Assembly (NCBI GenBank): GCA_951406725.2
Contig: OX597816.1
Location: forward strand, 106,950,001 to 107,014,000
Length of the DNA: 64,000 nucleotides
From: Octopus vulgaris
Taxonomy: Eukaryota
Direction: 5' to 3'
Notes under the pieces: model-generated
Seen by the model: the letters and a program-made list of their open reading frames with translations, nothing else
The model's database searches: none
Told to the model about the DNA's origin: nothing
Program-made: the position numbers and the translations under genes
In this document: positions 13,113-26,837 of the stretch, in pieces
Position numbering within the stretch: the first letter of the stretch is position 1
Layout: each line of letters begins with the position of its first letter

Positions 13113-13844
13113 AATACGCCGCCTTAGTGCGATCTGATAGGAAGGTACGAATTCTCAAAATGAGAGATGGATTAAGGACAGTAGTTTCAATAGGAAATTC
13201 ACATGCCAGACACGGTCGTAAGCTTTACTGATGTCGAGGGAAACAACACTGTTTTCACCAAATTTCTCTAAGGAGAGATCCAATTCATGATGACACAGGA
13301 AAGGAGGGTTCTGGGGGGATCTGGTTTTACAGAACTGTACTAATGGTCATTAAGGAGATAGAAGAGATAGAAAGTTGGAAGAATTTGGTGAATATATGGG
13401 CTAGCTTCGGGAAATTATAATCGATGGTAATCGAAGGGACGTTATCAGGGCTGGCGACCTTATTGGCTTGAAGCGACTGCATGTACTTTTACACATAGCG
13501 TGTTTGTATGCAAAGTGAGTGAATCTGATGGGATGAAATGAGACAGATTTGAAATTTTACCATTTACGCTGTATGGAGCAGGATGCAAAGCAGACATCAA
13601 AGGCAGAGATTTTCTTTGTAGGAGTACTGCTCACAGAACCATCGTTGTTAAGAAGTGGAGCAGAGAAGGAATCTGCAGAATTGGTTGAGATAGAGAAAGA
13701 AATTTGTTAATCATTCATCCATATCTGCGCTTCGTTCACAAAGTCACAGACGCACTAACATTAGCGCAAGAAAAAACACACACACTCATACACACACATT
13801 CATGCACATACATACACGCGCATGCGCACATACGCACACGCACA

Positions 13845-13897
<53 letters not shown>

Positions 13898-13979
13898 CTA
13901 ACAGATTTTCTTCATGGTCCACAAGCTTCTAGAAACAGCAGGCAAATCTCCTTGTCTAATTTTAACTCTAATATAATGT

Positions 13980-14385
13980 TCTTTTCTACTCTAGTCACAA
14001 GGCCCAAAATTTTGGGGGAGGAGGGCAGTCGATTAGATAGACTCCAGTACGTAACTGGTACTTAATTTATCGACCTCGAAATGATGAAAGGCAAAATCTA
14101 CCTCAGCGGAATTTGAACTCAGAACGTAAAGACAGACGAAATACCTATTTCTATTTCTTTACTACCCACAAGGGGCTAAACACAGAGGGGACAAACAAGG
14201 ACAGGCACACGGATTAAGTCGATTATATCGACTTCAGTGCGTGACTGGTACTTATTTAATCGCCCCCGAAACGATGAAAGGCAAAGTCGACCTCGGTGGA
14301 ATTTGAACTCAGAACGTAACGGCAGACGAATACAGCTACGCATTTCGCCCGGCGCGCTAACGTTTCTGCCAGTTCGCTGTCTTAC
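13980..14385 (-). mobile_element. SINE family B, two tandem copies
   Basis: Two Nin-like cores (ATCGACCTCGAAATGATGAAAGGCAAA; GATGAAAGGCAAAGTCGACCTCGG) and the head CTGCCAGTTCGCTGTCTT. Same dimer layout as 46245-46648. Confidence 0.9.
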
Positions 14386-14844
14386 TCTAATATAATGTTA
14401 GATACACCAAGGTCGAAAATAAAAGACGAGATGGTCGTGATTGAAATGCCTATCATATATAAATACGTACATACATACCACACAATACATACATACGTAT
14501 ATGCATGAGAATGTGTGTATAAACATGTATAAATATAATTCCGTCTGTATTTGTGTGTATGTGTATATATATATATATATGGGTATGTATGTGGCTACAT
14601 AGATACATACAGATACACAGAGAGGTCACACATACAAATATAAAGACGTGTCGGCCAACCAACATCGTTCCTATTTCTATATAAGTATTTCTGAACATAT
14701 AAAGAAATCATTAAGTTAGATAAATAAAGAACAGAGAGATATGGTTTAAAGAATAAAAGAGTTTCAATGATTGAACAACGCTCCACCCTCACCAACACTC
14801 TATCTCTTCCTATCATATGCCCCAGTCTGTCTGTTTCACTCTTT

Positions 14845-14912
<68 letters not shown>

Positions 14913-15174
14913 TAGAAGCCGTTTGAGATAAAGCCAAAAGATGAAACTCGTCAGCGGCGATGAAAAAAGACGTTAGCTTCCCCATTACGACGACGATGGC
15001 CATCACCGACTCCACTATTCACACACGCGCATACAAGCGCACACACCACACACACACGTACATGCATTTACACACGCATATATGTATGCATGTATAAATA
15101 TATGTATGTATATATATATATATATAATGTACATATATGTGTGTCTGTATATATATATGAGCATATATATATTG

Positions 15175-15238
<64 letters not shown>

Positions 15239-15278
15239 TATATAGAAATACACACCCATGCGCACGCACACGCGCGCA

Positions 15279-15309
<31 letters not shown>

Positions 15310-15766
15310 CCACATGCATGTTTATATGGTTTCGTGTGTTCGGGTTCAGCTCCACTCCATAGCACATTCAGTACGCCTCTTCTACTGTACCTTCGGGCTA
15401 ACTTAACCCTTGTGAGTGAATTTGGAGGACAGAAACATACACACATACACACATAAATACACTTATACATATATACATACAATTATGCATACATACATGC
15501 ATACATGCATGCATACATACATACATACATACATACATACATACATACATACATACATACATACATGCATACATTTATACATACATACATACAGACAGAC
15601 AAACAGACATATGTCTTGATATTGCATATGATAGTTGTAAGTGAGCATCAACGTCATACAAGCGGTGTCCTTCGTTTCCTATCTTCCTTGTCTAGGAATT
15701 CTTCATCCTTTAGTTGGAAACTGAAATGAGAGTTGGTGAAAGGAAGAAGAATTGGCTGCTGAAAAT

Positions 15767-15832
<66 letters not shown>

Positions 15833-16087
15833 GCACACGCACACACACACGCACGCACACACGCACACACGCATACGCATACGCACACGCACACAACACA
15901 CACGCACACACACACATACACGCACGCACACACACACACACGCATACGCACACACACACACGCACACACGCACACACACACACACACACGCATACGCACA
16001 CACACACACACACGCACACACACACACACATTGTCTTTAATAATGTCGTAATAGAGATACCTATTTCCACGTAAAAATAGTTTAGAT

Positions 16088-16320
16088 CAGTGGTTCTCAA
16101 CCAGGCTCTCCGGGGTCCACATAACATTTTACGCGCAATAAATTGGTTGAACTTCTACAATAACACAAAATATTTAAAAATCCTTTTTATACAATTCCGA
16201 ATAATGTTTAATTATAGAAAAATAGTGGAGTTTCTTTAAACATCGAATGTCTATCGAGGGACAGTAGAGTAAAATTGGAATCAAAGGGACCCATAGGCAA
16301 TAAATGGTTGAGAGCCATTG
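16088..16320 (+). mobile_element. hAT MITE, short variant
   Basis: TIRs CAGTGGTTCTCAACC / GGTTGAGAGCCATTG; flanks GTTTAGAT / GCTTAGAT. Confidence 0.85.
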
Positions 16321-16328
16321 GCTTAGAT

Positions 16329-16680
16329 CTGGGGTTTTCAACCATTTTTTCTACCTACGGACCCCTTTGATTATTATTTTATTCTAGTGGACCCCCATAG
16401 TCATTCAATCGTTAAAATTAATTTTATACAAGAACTTCTTTCAAAATTCCTATTTTGTTTCTCGCACATTAACTTGTGTGGTTTGAACTATGTAAAATGT
16501 TACAAGAAGAAACATAGTTGTTTCTTGCAATACATACCAGTACATACATCTTAAGCAAAACTTCTTCTGGACACCTTAAAATACTATTCTGGATCCCCAA
16601 TTTACTATTTTGTGACATGGACCCCCAAAAATCTAATATGGACTCTCAGGGGCCATTTGGACCCCGGTTGAAAACCACTG
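16329..16680 (-). mobile_element. hAT MITE, long variant
   Basis: TIRs CTGGGGTTTTCAACC / GGTTGAAAACCACTG; flanks GCTTAGAT / GTTTTGAT. Reverse complement of 9627-9974. Confidence 0.85.
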
Positions 16681-16699
16681 GTTTTGATTAACAGATATT

Positions 16700-16910
16700 C
16701 ATTTATGCTTTTATTTGTTTCAGTCATTTGACTGCGGCCAGGATTTAGATTTGAAGGATTTAAGTCGAACAAATCGACCCCAGGATTTATTCTGTATGCC
16801 TAGTACTTATTCTATCGGTTTCTTTTGCCGAACCGGTGAGTTACGGAGACGTAAACACACCAACACCGGATGTCAAGCTGTGATGGGGTTCAAACACTGA
16901 CACAAAGATA
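16700..16910 (-). mobile_element. SINE family A, 3' half
   Basis: TGTTTCAGTCATTTGACTGCGGCC..CTAGTACTTATTCTATCGG..GACGTAAACACACC. Confidence 0.88.
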
Positions 16911-16939
16911 CACACACACACACACGCACATATATATAT

Positions 16940-17135
16940 ACTGAACCATTTATCCCTACACATTGTCTCCGTTTTTTTCGTCTTCTCTCCATTTTTTCCT
17001 TGTTAGTTCTTTCTGCTGAAGAACATAGGCTCGAAACGTCAAAGACATTCCCATTCTTCCCAAGCATTAAACTAATACACGTGCTTGTTGTTCCTTCTCC
17101 TGTCTTCCTCTTTTGTTTCCTGTAGATTTGAATTA
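16940..17135 (+). mobile_element. Solo Penelope pLTR containing a minimal HHR (17008-17045)
   Basis: TCTTT-CTGCTGAA-GAACATAGGCTC-GAAA-CGTC-AAAGA followed by CTAATACAC..GTCTTC..TTTTGTTT; homologous to the Neptune 3' end at 56713-56900. Confidence 0.8.
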
Positions 17136-17140
17136 TATAA

Positions 17141-17186
<46 letters not shown>

Positions 17187-17225
17187 ATATATATATATGT
17201 ATGTGTGTGTGTATATATATGTGTG

Positions 17226-17274
<49 letters not shown>

Positions 17275-17280
<6 letters not shown>

Positions 17281-17450
17281 ATAAGATCGTTAATTTAAAT
17301 TAAATATCGATCTTATCGAGTGGCCAGCATGGAAATAAAAACCTTCAAAGGTGATAATTATTATTAAAATTATAATTTAGGGTATCTACGAGATACCGCC
17401 ATGCTGAAAATAGCAGCCAGAATCTGACTCTAAAACCACATTAAATGTTC
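17275..17450. repeat. Dispersed two-module repeat, same family as 50-202
   Basis: Shares GTGGCCAGCATGG..AAAGGTGATAATT and GCCATGCTGAAAATAGCAGCC..AAAACCACATTA; begins at a (TA)n tract. Confidence 0.5.
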
Positions 17451-17518
17451 ATACAGCACAAGGAGAGAAGACAAAAAGAAAACTAGCAAACACACATATA
17501 TACATATATATACATATA

Positions 17519-18031
17519 CTAGCAGTATCGCCCGGCGTTGCTCGGGTTTGTAAGGGAAATAACTATATAAGCATTTTTAGAGAGTTACTTCCCTTATAGA
17601 TGCCAATTCAGACTTTCTTAGCCATTTCTGTTTTGGTGTTTTCAAGCCATGAAGTCGTTGTTCTAAAAGAACGCTGGTCTCCTTGACAACGCTTTACGAC
17701 GTTGATTTCCTTACACTCCCTTCCCCACAGCTTCACGAGGGAGGGAAGAAGGGGGAGAAGCAAACAGGTGCAGGTGTGACCATGGACGCCAACTCCGCCG
17801 CCATCGACACACGAAAAATTATGCATTAAAATGGAATAAAAAATGATGTTAAATTATTTTTAAAATCGTAGACTCATCGTAGACGCTCGCTAATACTCAG
17901 ACGGGCTCGATATGAATCACGACTATAAGATACCCGAATTTGGTTAAACTGCACTGCAAAATGTGGGAGTAGTTAGGAATCTAAATCGAAGGGGACAGAC
18001 ACTCACACAACTACAGTTTTATATATATAGA
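17519..18031 (-). mobile_element. Complete non-autonomous Helitron (~513 bp)
   Basis: 5' TCTATATATATAAAACTGTAG and 3' CCCGAGCAACGCCGGGCGATACTGCTAG (hairpin + CTAG); inserted at an A|T site in a TA-rich tract. Confidence 0.88.
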
Positions 18032-18038
18032 TATATAT

Positions 18039-18108
<70 letters not shown>

Positions 18109-18959
18109 ACACAAATATAATACCTGAAGAGAGACAAGAAATACAAACACACAACACGCATTGACACACGCAACACGTATAGACAAAGATAATTTTCGCC
18201 CACAAACATTAATATACATAAATGGCAATTTCTGTCTGTTTGATCTGTCTATCTGTCTGGCTGTTACCATCTTGCTGCCTACACCAGTTAACCAATCTTG
18301 ACGAAACTTTGCGTACATGTTAAATTTACATCCAGTTGAATTATAGGCTAACTGGATTTCATTAAAAATCTACAATGATACCCCTGGGGGCTGAGCTGTA
18401 GCACATATTTACAAATCAATAACACAACTACTGATATGGGTTAAGCAAGGCTTCTCTAAGGCTCAACCATGCACTCCTTTATGAAAAGAGCGTGCGACTT
18501 TTGTGAGAACAACTCAGCTTTCCAAAGGAAAATAATTCTGCATGCAGTGCCCGTATGTCACGCTAAGGTCACATTAAGAACACGCTCAACTGCAGGATTC
18601 GTGGATAGGACATGGAACAATGTAATGATCAATGACCTGGAAGCTGGTTCACCATGAGATTAATTTGATGAATTAAATGCAAATCACCATAACAGCTTAA
18701 TCATTTTTATCGCGCAACGAAAGATACAGTCGCGTTACGATAAGCTGTGACATGCGACAACGCCAGCTTCGATATGCGGACTATTTTGTCAATGTATTTG
18801 TAAATCTATTTATTTAATCTATTTTGCTCAGATGCATATTTGTTTGCTAAAATAATATTGAGACAGTCCTTATTTACTCATTAATCGAATTAATACTTTG
18901 TAATACGCACCTTTCTCACATACACACATACGCTTGTGCACTTTAGTTCGTTGGGGTCA

Positions 18960-18972
18960 CCATTACTTTTAC

Positions 18973-19039
<67 letters not shown>

Positions 19040-19055
19040 ATTATTATCATTATTA

Positions 19056-19151
<96 letters not shown>
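18960..19151. repeat. (ATT)n microsatellite
   Basis: Direct reading. Confidence 0.95.
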
Positions 19152-19152
<1 letters not shown>

Positions 19153-19199
19153 CTCTCTTTCATTCAACCTCTTTTTTCCAGTATCTCGCCATGTTGGAC

Positions 19200-19395
19200 C
19201 GTTGAATGCTGCATTTTTTTCTCTCTTCGTTTTTTTTTTATTATTCTCTCCATTTTTCCTTCAATCCTTTCTGTCGAAGAGCGTAGGCTTGAAACGTAAA
19301 AAACTTTTTCATTTTTCCCAAGCATTCAACTAATACACCTGCTTGTTGTTCCTACACCTGTCTTCGTGTTTTGCTTTCTGTGAATTTGAACTGTA
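19200..19395 (+). mobile_element. Solo Penelope pLTR containing a minimal HHR (19266-19303)
   Basis: CCTTT-CTGTCGAA-GAGCGTAGGCTT-GAAA-CGTA-AAA with the downstream CTAATACACCTGCTTGTTGTTCCTACACCTGTCTTCG shared with other copies. Confidence 0.8.
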
Positions 19396-19513
19396 TGTAT
19401 GTATGTATGTATGTATATATATATATATGTATATATATGGCGGTGCCCCAGCATAGCCACAGCTCGTGAGCTGAAACTAGATAAAATAAAATTTAAAAAA
19501 TTATATATTATAT

Positions 19514-19551
<38 letters not shown>

Positions 19552-20649
19552 TTAGCGTCCGCTTTCCATGCTAGCATGGGTTGGACGGTTCAACTGGGGT
19601 CTGTGAAGCCAGAGGGCTGCACCAGGCCCAGTCATGTATGTGCACAACGGGCTTCTTTCAGTGTCTATCTACCAAATTCACTCACAAAGCTTTTATCCGT
19701 CCGAGGCTATAGTAGAAGATACTTGTCCAAAGTACCACTGAACCCAGAATAACGAAACAAGAAAGGAAACCTCAAAAGTTCATTACGCTGAAAATTTTGT
19801 TGTTTGAGCGAGTGTTTTGTCCCATATCATTCTTGATAAAAGAGTCCATACCTTCTCACTCATACGCACGCGTGCAAACACACGCATGCGCGTAAACACA
19901 TGCATCTCACATCCACCTACATGTACGGACATGAACAGAAACATACTAAGTCAGATTGAGTTTATCATTTTACTTTTGTAATCATCGGCACCAGAACCAC
20001 CAAATACAACTACAAAGGCTATTCATTTGTAGACTATATAATATATGAAAGAAGACGAGGGTACGAAGAGAAGGTGCTCACACATACACACTGAGGCCCG
20101 CGCGCACACACACACACACAATTTCAGGCAGTGTCTTATTTTACCATTTTAATCATCGATTTGCAATCTAGCAAACACAGTTACAGACAGAGTTTTTTTT
20201 ATAAAGATTGTATGAAATAAAACGGAAAGATAAAAGGTACACACTCACACACACACACACACACACATACACATGCAAGCACACGAACGTGTACATAAAA
20301 ATACACACATACACATGCACGTATAGATATACCACTCACGTATTCTCACAAGTACAAAGACGTACTTCAACACATGTACTCGCATACCAACTAAATATAC
20401 TCGAGACGTTGAAAATAAATGCCAAATTTATCTCCAATGAAAAAAGAAGACAGAAATTCAGCTTTCAAGATGTTCGAGAATGAAAATAAAATGGGAGCGA
20501 AAAATACAACTCGTTGCCTTTGTATCAAAATGGGCTAACTGGACATACGTTATATGTACAGTTAGCCCATTCTGATACTAAGGCAAGTGTTCTGAAAAAT
20601 TTGCTAATTATCCCTTAGGTGGGATAAAATTACACACTAGATATTTAGA

Positions 20650-22330
20650 GGCGTGGAGGTATTTAAACATTTAAGACCTTTCATTTAAGCTATGTGCTAT
20701 TTGATGTAAGGATAGAAACTTATTTAAACGCAATTTGTAACAAAGTACGACAATCGGTGTGTTTTTTTTTCTAATTTTAAATGCATTCGAGCATCTTTCT
20801 ACCATAAACCAAATACACTTGCATAAAAATTCGTGTTTTACTCAAATGTTTGAATGACTGAATGTGCTGATATAAACGGGTCTTGAATGTATTCTCAGTC
20901 AGTTCACTATAAGACTTCAACATGCAGTTATTGTCGATTTGTACTGTTGAGAGGATGACTGTTTAGAGCAATACAATTAGAAATTGTACTATTGATGGGA
21001 AGTAATTTTGAATTGAAATAGTTAATTCGACTAGCTGTAAGAATGATCAACTTTAATAGACTTTCCGATAAGGGTCTTATGATTAGAAATATTAAAATTA
21101 CTAAGTCTTTCTAAAGGAGATTACGGCAGCGTTACTGGATATTAATAGTTATCGCCATACTAATATAGCAGTCTATAAAGCTGTTGCTGATTAGCTCCAA
21201 GAGGCCATCGCCTCTAGCTAGCTATATGACACACGAACCTGCGTCCATTACAACCTTCGAACAGGGGAGGTCAGCCGCTTCGTTATGATTCAATGAGAAA
21301 TAAATTCAAGCAAGGAAATTTTTTGCAATATTTATTCTTGCACTTTAGAAATTTATACCACAATATATTTCTTGGTTTACTTTTATGCTTTGAAGCATTT
21401 GGACCATTTGTTCAGTGTAATTCTTTCGGTAAACCTGCAATTTGAAAGGGTTTCATCAAATTAAATTTCTTGGCATGTTAGGTGAATTGAATGGAATTCC
21501 TGTTTATATGAAATTATTTTTCTTTAGATTTTGAGTAAATGAAAAGTCTATGTTTAAACTTAAGGTGATATACAAGAAATAAACTACATTAAGAATAAAT
21601 TTTAATACGTTAACATATATCACTAAATAATTTTTGAGGTCTTTTCCCTATGTATGTAATTCTTGCCCGCCGTTCATGTTACACGAGTCTAAAAGTTCAT
21701 CTCCTCCGTAAAGGCCTCCTCGCAAGATAGGAAGTCTTTTATGTTAAAAGTTCAAAATATAAATTCCGATAAGTTAGCATAATTCAGCCACGTCGTATTC
21801 TCCCGTGGAAACATCGAATAATCCACCTCCGCTTCCTTACGTTCATAATTAGCTCGAAGCTAAATTCACTGATTTGTAAGAGATTAAGAATAAAGGGTTT
21901 AGTTATGGGAAATCATTTTGCCCAGTTTTAGCAAATCTAACTTGTCATGATGTTGAAATATCTCTTTTGGATACTATTTTTTACTCCATTTTTCGTGCTC
22001 GTCCAAATATCTGAAGCAAGAAACTCGGAGTAACGATTTGTTAAGTTTCATTATATATTATAAATGTATTATATAACTCTGCTTTTGGTACCGAGTGATC
22101 TCCTTTCTCCTTCAAACTTAAGTGCTTATGAGTCACGTGCACACACGTAATCTATGTAGATATATAAGCAGTGCTAATTTAGCTATTTTTTCGTAAATTG
22201 AAAAAAATGAAGAACAACCTTAATCGATTTTTTCACCTTATTGGGTTCTCATCAGAGGTGTTTACATCGATTTGACCAATTCCAGAGACATAAGCAGCTG
22301 ATTTTCATATATATATATATTCAACAATCC
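20650..22330 (-). pseudogene. Highly decayed Penelope-like element (Naiad-like), with RT thumb and GIY-YIG remnants
   Basis: Manual minus-strand translation gives KPRNILWY (cf. RNIIWFNPP), RINIAKNFL (cf. KTNIGKKFL) and KSYSELTENTFKTRLYQHIQSF (cf. YIGLTENTFKTRYNNHKSSF). An HHR-like motif lies at its 5' side. Confidence 0.65.
22213..22263 (-). ncRNA. Degenerate minimal type I hammerhead ribozyme
   Basis: AACACCT-CTGATGA-GAACCCAATAAGGT-GAAA-AAATCGAT-TA-AGGTTGTT. Stem I is ACCT/AGGT and stem III contains the palindrome AATCGATT, with extra As. Confidence 0.55.
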
Positions 22331-22406
22331 CTGTAGCTATAGTGTATGTATATGCATATGTATGTATATATATGTATTTATATATATATATCTATATATC
22401 TATATA

Positions 22407-22468
<62 letters not shown>

Positions 22469-22469
<1 letters not shown>

Positions 22470-23898
22470 TAGCAGTATCGCCCGGCGTTGCTCGGGTTTG
22501 TTTCGACCCGCTGGAATTGTAATTTTGAAAAGTAAAAATTTTGTGAACATTTTTCTGGTCGAAATACACCGAAAAGTGGCGACACAGCAGTGAAAAAATC
22601 GTAAAAAATAGGGATTTTCATAGAAAAAAGCATCTTTTTGATGTAAATAATTTTTGGTGTTAACATGGTCCGATTTGAATTTTATGTTCTACGGAAGGAA
22701 GAGCAACCCTTCTTCTACCATACTCTCAATTTTGGTCAACTTGCGCCGCAGGGTCTCGGAGGAGATAGTGTTAGTTGAAGGTTACCATTGTAGGTGCCTG
22801 AGTAACAACCTCGCGGATTTACAGATAAATGAATTAATTACTATTTTACAGAATAAAATTAAATAATTCTTGAAAATTAATTAATATTAATATTTTTTGA
22901 ACAAAGTAAATAATTTTTAAAACTTAAATAATAATTTTTTTTACACAAACGCGAACGGGGAAAAGGGGGTGGCGAATTCGATTTACATACCTAAATTTTT
23001 TCTTTTTCATGACATTGTAGCAAAATAGTAGTGAATTATATAAATACCAGCAGTACATTTTTTTTTCTGGAGTATTTTTTTTAAACCTCGTCACATATTT
23101 GCCCCTTTCAATTTAAACAAAGTCTTAATTAAGCAATTACGGCAGCTTAGCAATGGTTTCAATACAGGCGTGACATCTGTATCTCAATTGTTCAAAACCC
23201 TTCGAATTTTTTCGCACGTGATGATATCATAGTGAAAACTTTCAATTACGCGCTTATTTCTGTCTTTCACTCTGTCTGTCTCTTTACACACACTAACAAA
23301 AGCACTTCACTTACACACCACACTTTCTGTGTCGCACAACCCATCAAACACACATCCACACATGTACATCAATGCTTTCGGAGTGAAATGTTAAAATATT
23401 GAGTTTTCTCGAATTTTGTCTTAATTGGGGGTGAAATTGAAAGAAATATATTATGGCATGACCGAATGGAGTACTTTGAAAAATCTTAGGTAAACTCTAA
23501 TTGAAGAAATTGTGTGAGGAGTAAATCGTTATGTATTTATTTGTTTCTGTTTGCTGTGTTTTTTTATTTTTTGAGTAGTGGTTTAAATACTTTCAGTTTA
23601 GTCTTCCTCAAATCACTCTGTCGCTATTTACTTTCATTTTATTCGTTGCACACTGTGTGTGTGCGTGTGCGTGTGGTGTAAACCACATTAAGAAAAGCAT
23701 TTGACACACACACCAGAATGTGAGTTTTCTGTAAATTTTGCTTAATTGGAGTTTAAATTTTAAAAACTGGACCTGGCATGACCCGATGCATTCTACTCTT
23801 AAAAAGGCTTGGTAAATTGTAATTGAAGAAATCCTATATTGTAGATTTCTATAACTCCCAAAGGGAGGCAGATAAAATCTGCCTTTTATAATAAGAGA
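22469..23898 (-). mobile_element. Complete non-autonomous Helitron (~1.43 kb)
   Basis: 5' TCTCTTATTATAAAAGGCAGA matches the 5' end at 36364. The 3' hairpin+CTAG is identical to that at 17519. Internal ~120-bp duplication (23400-23515 vs 23715-23835). Flanked by TA repeats. Confidence 0.9.
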
Positions 23899-24070
23899 TA
23901 TATATAGGGAGAGAGAGAAAGAGAAAGAGTGAGAGGGAAAAGAAGCAGTCAGAATTCTGACTGCCCACACACGCACGCACGCACTCACCTATGAACGCCA
24001 CGCACGCGCACACACACGCGCACACACACGCGCACACACACGCGCACACACACGCGCACACACACACACA

Positions 24071-24131
<61 letters not shown>

Positions 24132-24727
24132 TCAATACTTTGACTCAGCTCGGGGTAGTCCATTGCCTGTTACTGTGTAGTTTTCATGGTGTGCCGCTAC
24201 TTCCTCTGGCATGTCTGACGTACCTTCTGACGAAGTGACTGCAAGGTGTGGAAACTTCAGAGTCTCGCCTTACGAGACTGGCCAATATAAACTGCTGCAC
24301 TCTACGTTCGTATTGAATACTTTCTCTCCGGATCACTACCCAACAAAACAACAACCCACATACATTTCTCTACGAAAGTTTCACTACACTTCTCTTCAAC
24401 TCTTCATAGCTTTATTTTTCTCCTGCACTTTCTGTTAGTGTTACTATTTTCACCAACTTATCTCTCTGGTTCTCTCACTTTCAATGTCTTACTTCTCTCT
24501 CCTTTTCACTGACATTATTTCTCCCCCTCCCTACTACCCCCTCTCTCTCTCTCTCTACTACACTCTCCCTCTCTTTCAATCTATCTCAACCTTCATAGCG
24601 GTGCCGCTTTCTCAGTTTTTATTTGTTTAGGTGTGTATGTATGTATGTATGTATGTATGTATGTATGTATGTATGTATGTATGTATGTATGTGTGTGTAT
24701 GTGCGTGTGTGTGTGTGTGTGTGTGTA

Positions 24728-24760
<33 letters not shown>

Positions 24761-25041
24761 ATGTATGTATGTATGTATGTATGTATGTATGTATGTATGT
24801 ATGTATGTATGTATGTATGTATGTATGCATGCATGCATGTATGCATGTATGTATGTATGTATGTATGTATGTATGTATGTATGTATGTATGTATGTATGG
24901 TCTGTATATGTGAGGGTCTATGTGTGTAAAAGTCTATGGTGTGCGTGTGTATGTGTGTGTGTGTGTGCACGAGTGCGTGTACATGGTAACATACTACATA
25001 TGTGTGAGTGCAAGAGTGCTTGAAATTGGGAGTACGTGACT

Positions 25042-25079
<38 letters not shown>

Positions 25080-25602
25080 GAGCGAGAGGGAGCAGATTTC
25101 CTTAACGCCTGTTATCGTCTGCATGTCAGTCTCTATCTGCCAGGCGAATATTTCTACTTTCTCTTTTCGTTTCTTTCCCCCCTTCGTCTCTTTCCTTTCC
25201 TCTCTAATTCTCTTGCAGTTCCACTAAAAGAACTATACGAGTACACAGCTTTTGTATGCTTCAGTCTTTCTGTGTATGTGCGTCTGTAGAAGTATACGTG
25301 TGAGTGCGTGAGAGAGAGAGAGAGAGAGAGAGGGAGAAAGTGAGAGGGTAGAGAGAGGGAGAAAGAGAGAGAGGTAGAAAGTGAGAGAGAGGGAGAAAGA
25401 GAGAGAGAGAGATGGAGAAAAGGGCTTTTCTATCTACCAGCTATCATCTGTCAAAATAATATATATATAAATGTATGTATATATGTATATATGTATATAT
25501 GTATATATATATATACAAAGTCCTATCTATCAGCATGTATGTATTACTATCTCTTCCTTCTCTTCCAGTGCTGTCTTCCTAACTTCATTTCTCTTTCCCT
25601 GT

Positions 25603-25700
<98 letters not shown>

Positions 25701-25859
25701 AAACTCTCTCTTTCTCTCTTGTGTTTGATGTGTAATATCTTGCGCTGTTTCATATTTGTTTCAAACGTTCTTATCTCATCCCTCTCTTATTTTTCACACC
25801 ATCACTTGGAAGCGGCGGCACCTAATGAGAAATTTCTTTCACAATGAAATAAAAAGAAC

Positions 25860-26600
25860 AAAAGCGCAGGCAACAACAACAACCACAACAACAAAACCAG
25901 CAGCAGCAGCAGCAGCAGCAGCAAGAGCAGCAACATTAAAGTGATCATCAATAAAGACTTCGTCATCACTATCATACACTCTTCATCTTCACAGAACACC
26001 ATCATCATCATCATCATCAAATCAGATATCATCACCGTAATCATTACAGATGTGAACACCACTTCGCCCGTCATTAACAACCCCGAAATCAGCATCATTG
26101 TCGTCGTCGTCATCATCATCATCATCATCATCATAATTATCACCCTTTCCTCTTTCTCTCTCCTTCTCCTCCTTCACCTACTCCAACTATCATCATCGTC
26201 ATCGTCATCGTCTTCATCATCATCATCATCACCATCATCACCACCACCTTCATAAACGCTTTATCTTCTCAGACATCATCGTCAACATCATCATCGTCAA
26301 CATCATCATCGTCGTCATCATCATCATCATCATCATCATCATCAACATCATCATCATCACCATCACCATCACCATCATTACCATCATCTTCACATCACCA
26401 CCACCATCATCATCGTCATCATCACCGTCTTCACGTGCCTTTTCCTCCTCCCCTTCTCTTTCCCGTCTTCCTTCTCCAGCACCATCACCACCATCACCAC
26501 TAATACCACCACCATCACCACTAATACCACCACTATCACCACCACCACCTCATCACAATCAAGATCATCATCATCATCATCATCATTATCATATGGCAAC
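25860..26600. repeat. Compound trinucleotide low-complexity tract (CAA/CAG/CAT/CAC)
   Basis: Direct reading. A similar (CAT)n/(CGTCAT)n tract lies at 27533-27682. Confidence 0.9.
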
Positions 26601-26788
26601 AAGCAATAACATCAAAAGTAATGACCACATTGGCAACATGCTAGACGGACAGCCGGACGGATGGATAGATGGCTGACGTCATTGAAGTCTTTGAGTGTAC
26701 TCGTCAAAGACTATGTATCCACCTCTACACACACCACACACACACAAACACATACACACTTATTTTACATGCACGCACACTCGCATAC

Positions 26789-26837
<49 letters not shown>

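Larger units (their letters stand above)
11498..13690 (-). pseudogene. Decayed L2/Crack-type LINE RT with a nested SINE and MITE
   Basis: INSGVLPK..FLLYINDLL (the INSGVPQG..LFLLYINDL motif) at ~12600-12670 and TCTTACACAGATGAT (SYTDD, i.e. YADD) at ~12527-12541. Confidence 0.7.

Noticed and set aside
18208-18790. Additional non-autonomous Helitron
   Set aside because: The 5' region looks Helitron-like (ATACATAAATGGCAA..CTGTCTGT..CCAATCTTGACGAAACTT), but I found no clean TC start or hairpin+CTAG end.
20514-20650. SECIS element downstream of the Naiad-like PLE
   Set aside because: The hairpin lacks the AUGA/GA quartet and the apical AA on the minus strand.
24220-24270. Possible hammerhead CTGACGA..GAAA-CTTCAGAG-TC
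   Set aside because: Stems I and II do not pair, so it is at best a dead remnant. The CTGACGA motif near 14947 (-) lacks GAAA.
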